Source: Eledone cirrhosa
Lineage: Eukaryota
Length of the DNA: 64,000 nucleotides
NCBI GenBank assembly: GCA_964016885.1
Contig: OZ024746.1
Span: 32,860,001-32,924,000, forward strand
Direction of reading: 5' to 3'
Each line of letters opens with the position of its first letter. Positions within the stretch are counted from its first letter, which is position 1. Below the pieces are notes generated by a model. It searched no databases. It had not been told where the DNA came from and saw only the letters and a list, made by a program, of their open reading frames with translations. Positions 60,631 to 64,000 of this stretch are shown piece by piece. The position numbers and the translations under genes were made by a program.

Positions 60631-62747
60631 TTATGTATACACATGTATACATGTAATATACATTTCATACAAACGTACACACACCCACACGCATATATAT
60701 ATAAATATTTCATTAATACGTACACACACTCGCATTAATATATATGATATACATGTATATATACACATAAAAATCATATTATCAATTTCAAACCATAATC
60801 GGATATGAGATATTATTGACTTACGTTGAGACTGAAAACGTAGCTATGGAAGAAATTACTAATTGGCTGCTTCGTTTATTAATAAATATATAATTGGGTT
60901 AACAAGATGTCGCCATTGACTAATTGTTTGCTCAGGCCAGGTAAAGATTTATCACAGGTTAAAAAAATCTAATTATATTAAAATACTCTGAACTTTACAC
61001 ATCACAGTGCTTGCTAATTTGATGTTCTTGATCTGTCTTAAATTTTATCGGTAGCTAACACATGAGCAAATATTTAGTTTAAAAGGTTAAGTTATTTGTA
61101 GTAAATATTAGGCAATGGAATTTGATGCCGGTTTACTGGGGTGGCACGTATTAGATGTTGGTGTCTTTTATCTTCCAGTTTGACATCCCGGAAAATTTGT
61201 AAATATTTGTTGGTACATTTTTGAATTGTATAGACCCGTAACTTCTGAGGGGCTCGTCGAGGTTCCATATTGACATAAGGTGTTTATTAAGATATAGAGA
61301 TGTTGAGCGAATGGGTGTGAGAAAGAGATACAGGGGAATAATACACCTCAGTACTTGGCTGTACATTTTTATCGGCCTCGGATGGATGAAATGTAAAGTT
61401 GTATAGTTTTAGTATACTATGTTGGTACATAGTATATCTAAAACTATCATATCCAATGTTCTATTTCTTTTTTAGCAAAGAAAGGAATATCGGGGCTTTC
61501 TACTTCAGAGGAGCAGATACAATTTTAATATGCTAAGAAGAGTCACGTTGGTGGGTGACGTGCATGTGTGACCATGGGAGAAGTTTGTTGAGTGATCTGT
61601 TGTCAATCAAACCTCTGGCTATATTGTGACTCCGCTTGCTGTTTCTGTAACTGTAACCTTCATCCTGTATTAATATGGGTTACATTTAAACTTGATAGAA
61701 GATTTGCAACGTGAGCAGAAAGAAAAAGAACAAAGAATTTCTTCTGAATAAGCAACTTAGCCTCAGTGTAGCAGTTATGGCAATTTTTATATATGCGTTG
61801 TTGCCAAGAAATCCACAAGAGTTTGATAGATTTCGCTAGTGTTGCATTTTCATAAGTCCTGGACAAAAATATCTCTCTAACTTTTCTCACATCCCACCTT
61901 ACTGTTTTAACAGAAGATGCATTAGAATATTCAGTCCTATAGAATCTCTTATACATTCAAGACAGGGATGCTTATATAACTGGTATGTTTTTATAACTGG
62001 CATGGGCACAACAAGAACAATTATGATTGACTTTATAGGCTAGACAATGTTTCGACTTACACAAATCGTTCGAAACAATTATATTATTACTTCATTATAT
62101 CCTTTCACAAAATCCCGCTCTTCCCTGAAAAATTGTTAATTTTTGAGCTGAAGAATTGTTTATAGGAGGCGCTTGATCTGCTAGAAATAGCACCCACATA
62201 TTCTTGAAATTGCACTGTCATTTTTAAGAAATACAATCAATAGTGTTACAAAACACAACGATGGAATCATGATTGGAATGTCATTGGTCTTACGTATGTT
62301 CGATCAGGGCTAAATTGAGGCTAAATATAAGAAACTGTACATCTTTGTGGGTGATTGATATTTTCTATTTATTCTCTGGCTGTTGTTTATCCCACATCAG
62401 CGGTGATTGAGCTACCCTGTGGATTGCATTTTTACATAGCGACTTTTTTTCCCAATACTACGAGATGTCTTTTGATGACAAATTGTTTACTACTGTTAGA
62501 AAGTCACGTGTCTACAGGACGATGTCTCCGATATTCATTCATTTTATTATTTATTTTTACGAGATCTGATTTTACAACACAAATTAATTATTGTTGTTGG
62601 TTTGAACAGCAGATGATCGTTGATAAATGATAGTCTGAATGTAACACAATTCATTCAAGATCATGTGACCTTAGTATTCTAAAGTTGCTTCTGACAGGAC
62701 TCGCTGGAAGGAGAGTTTGAAGACTCTATACCCTACGACCTTCTCAG

Positions 62748-62748
<1 letters not shown>

Positions 62749-62820
<72 letters not shown>
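62749..62820. repeat. (AAT)n microsatellite at Tx1 3' junction
   Basis: Read directly. Confidence 0.97.
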
Positions 62821-62821
<1 letters not shown>

Positions 62822-64000
62822 TTTTCTTTATTAACCACAAGGGTTTACATAAAGTAGACATTAAGGACAGTACAGGACAATACAGGACGGTACAAATGGG
62901 CATTTCTGCGTGTAAAAAAACAGAGGATGTAATAAAATAACAAAGAAAAATTCCCCAATAGGGGGGAGACTTCCGAGGGACATTTGTGGAGAAAGCCCAT
63001 TAAAAGACCACAGTGACCCTGACCACCAGGGCAAGTGCCCTCTCCCAGTTTTTCACCTTTAATTTACAGACATATACTCAGAGTAGGTCCATTCACTGGG
63101 GCCATACTTGCTTCTCTCACCCATCTTTCAACAAAATGCTGGGAAGAGAGCACTTCCCTCTCTACGCTGATTTTCCTTTTCAAATGAAATTTGAAAAAGT
63201 TAATCAGGGCATCACCGAAGAGGTAAGTGCTCGTCTTCAGCCCTTTCAAACGTGTCCACCATACTATCTCTTTCGCCATGGCCACCAGACAGATAAAAAC
63301 TGCCTGCCCTTCCCGGCTAAAGGAAGAGGGCGGGGCAATCCTCACGATGGACTCAGCTGATAGCTGGATCCGTCCTACACGTGACAGCAGGTGTTCGACA
63401 TAAAGCCACAAGTCAGCAATGCTCGGACACTGGACGAGTGCGTGCAGGACAGTTTCGTCGCCCTGCGCGCATCTCGGACATGCCCGTCTGATGGCACCTC
63501 CATGCCTGTAGAGTTTATCCCGAACTGGCAAAGCTCCCCGGTAGCACTGCCAGGCCAGGGATTTCTGGAAGTTGTCCATAGGCCCCGGCCCGAAAGTCCT
63601 TCCGAAGAGATTGGCTAGTTGATTTTTGTCGACGCCTAGAGTTTCTCCAAGTATATCGTCGCTCTTCCCCTCCACTAATCCCCTATAGAATGCCAAGGTG
63701 GAGTTTCCACCGATCACATTGCCCGATTGGTCGAGGGCTGTGAGCGCCTGAAGACACTCCAGTCACCAAGCGCTCCCTGTTGGTCTTTGTTTTACCCAGG
63801 ACTGCAGCTCCGTCAAGGAGACGAGCTGGGGAAAGACGTGTCTAGCAAACGGCGACCACACCTGATCACCGTCGAGGAAGAGGTGGAGATGTTGTAGCCT
63901 GAGCACGTGTCTGCGCATCATCAGCCACGGCATGCCCAGCCCTCCACGTAGTGGGTGTTGACAGCAGATGGACCGTCTGACCATCGGAGCGCGTCCCTTC
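62821..64000 (-). mobile_element. Third L1/Tx1 copy (3' portion; continues beyond the window)
   Basis: Reverse complement of 9223-10350 with high identity; ORFs 63064-63717 and 63763-63984. Confidence 0.93.

Noticed and set aside
61660-61956. 98-aa ORF / possible exon
   Set aside because: No recognisable motif or splice support by eye.

Overview
AT-rich eukaryotic repeat-dense DNA, most likely cephalopod (Octopus-like). That assignment is an inference from the tRNA-headed Nin-domain SINEs and the (TA)n/(TTA)n-rich background. I found no host protein-coding gene. Bases 1-10420 are one (TTA)n microsatellite split by five non-LTR retrotransposon insertions: two L1/Tx1-clade copies on + (APE endonuclease family) and three R4/Dong-like copies on - (restriction-like endonuclease). 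Bases ~10638-28458 are a ~17.8 kb, 27-bp GC/CpG-rich minisatellite with kb-scale higher-order duplications; it produces two >5700-codon ORFs that are probably spurious. The rest is a mosaic of microsatellites, SINEs, a decayed Tc1/mariner element, two MITEs, an internally deleted Helitron, a Penelope-like GIY-YIG remnant, a third Tx1 copy and older LINE fragments. The main unexpected signal is in ~36-60 kb. It holds at least five type I hammerhead ribozyme motifs, two of them in the U3-A8 covariant form, plus several half-hammerheads. These sit in short (TA)n-embedded elements that often carry fold-back inverted duplications, which suggests a family of ribozyme-bearing Penelope-derived mini-retroelements. 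All calls were read by eye; no database search was run.
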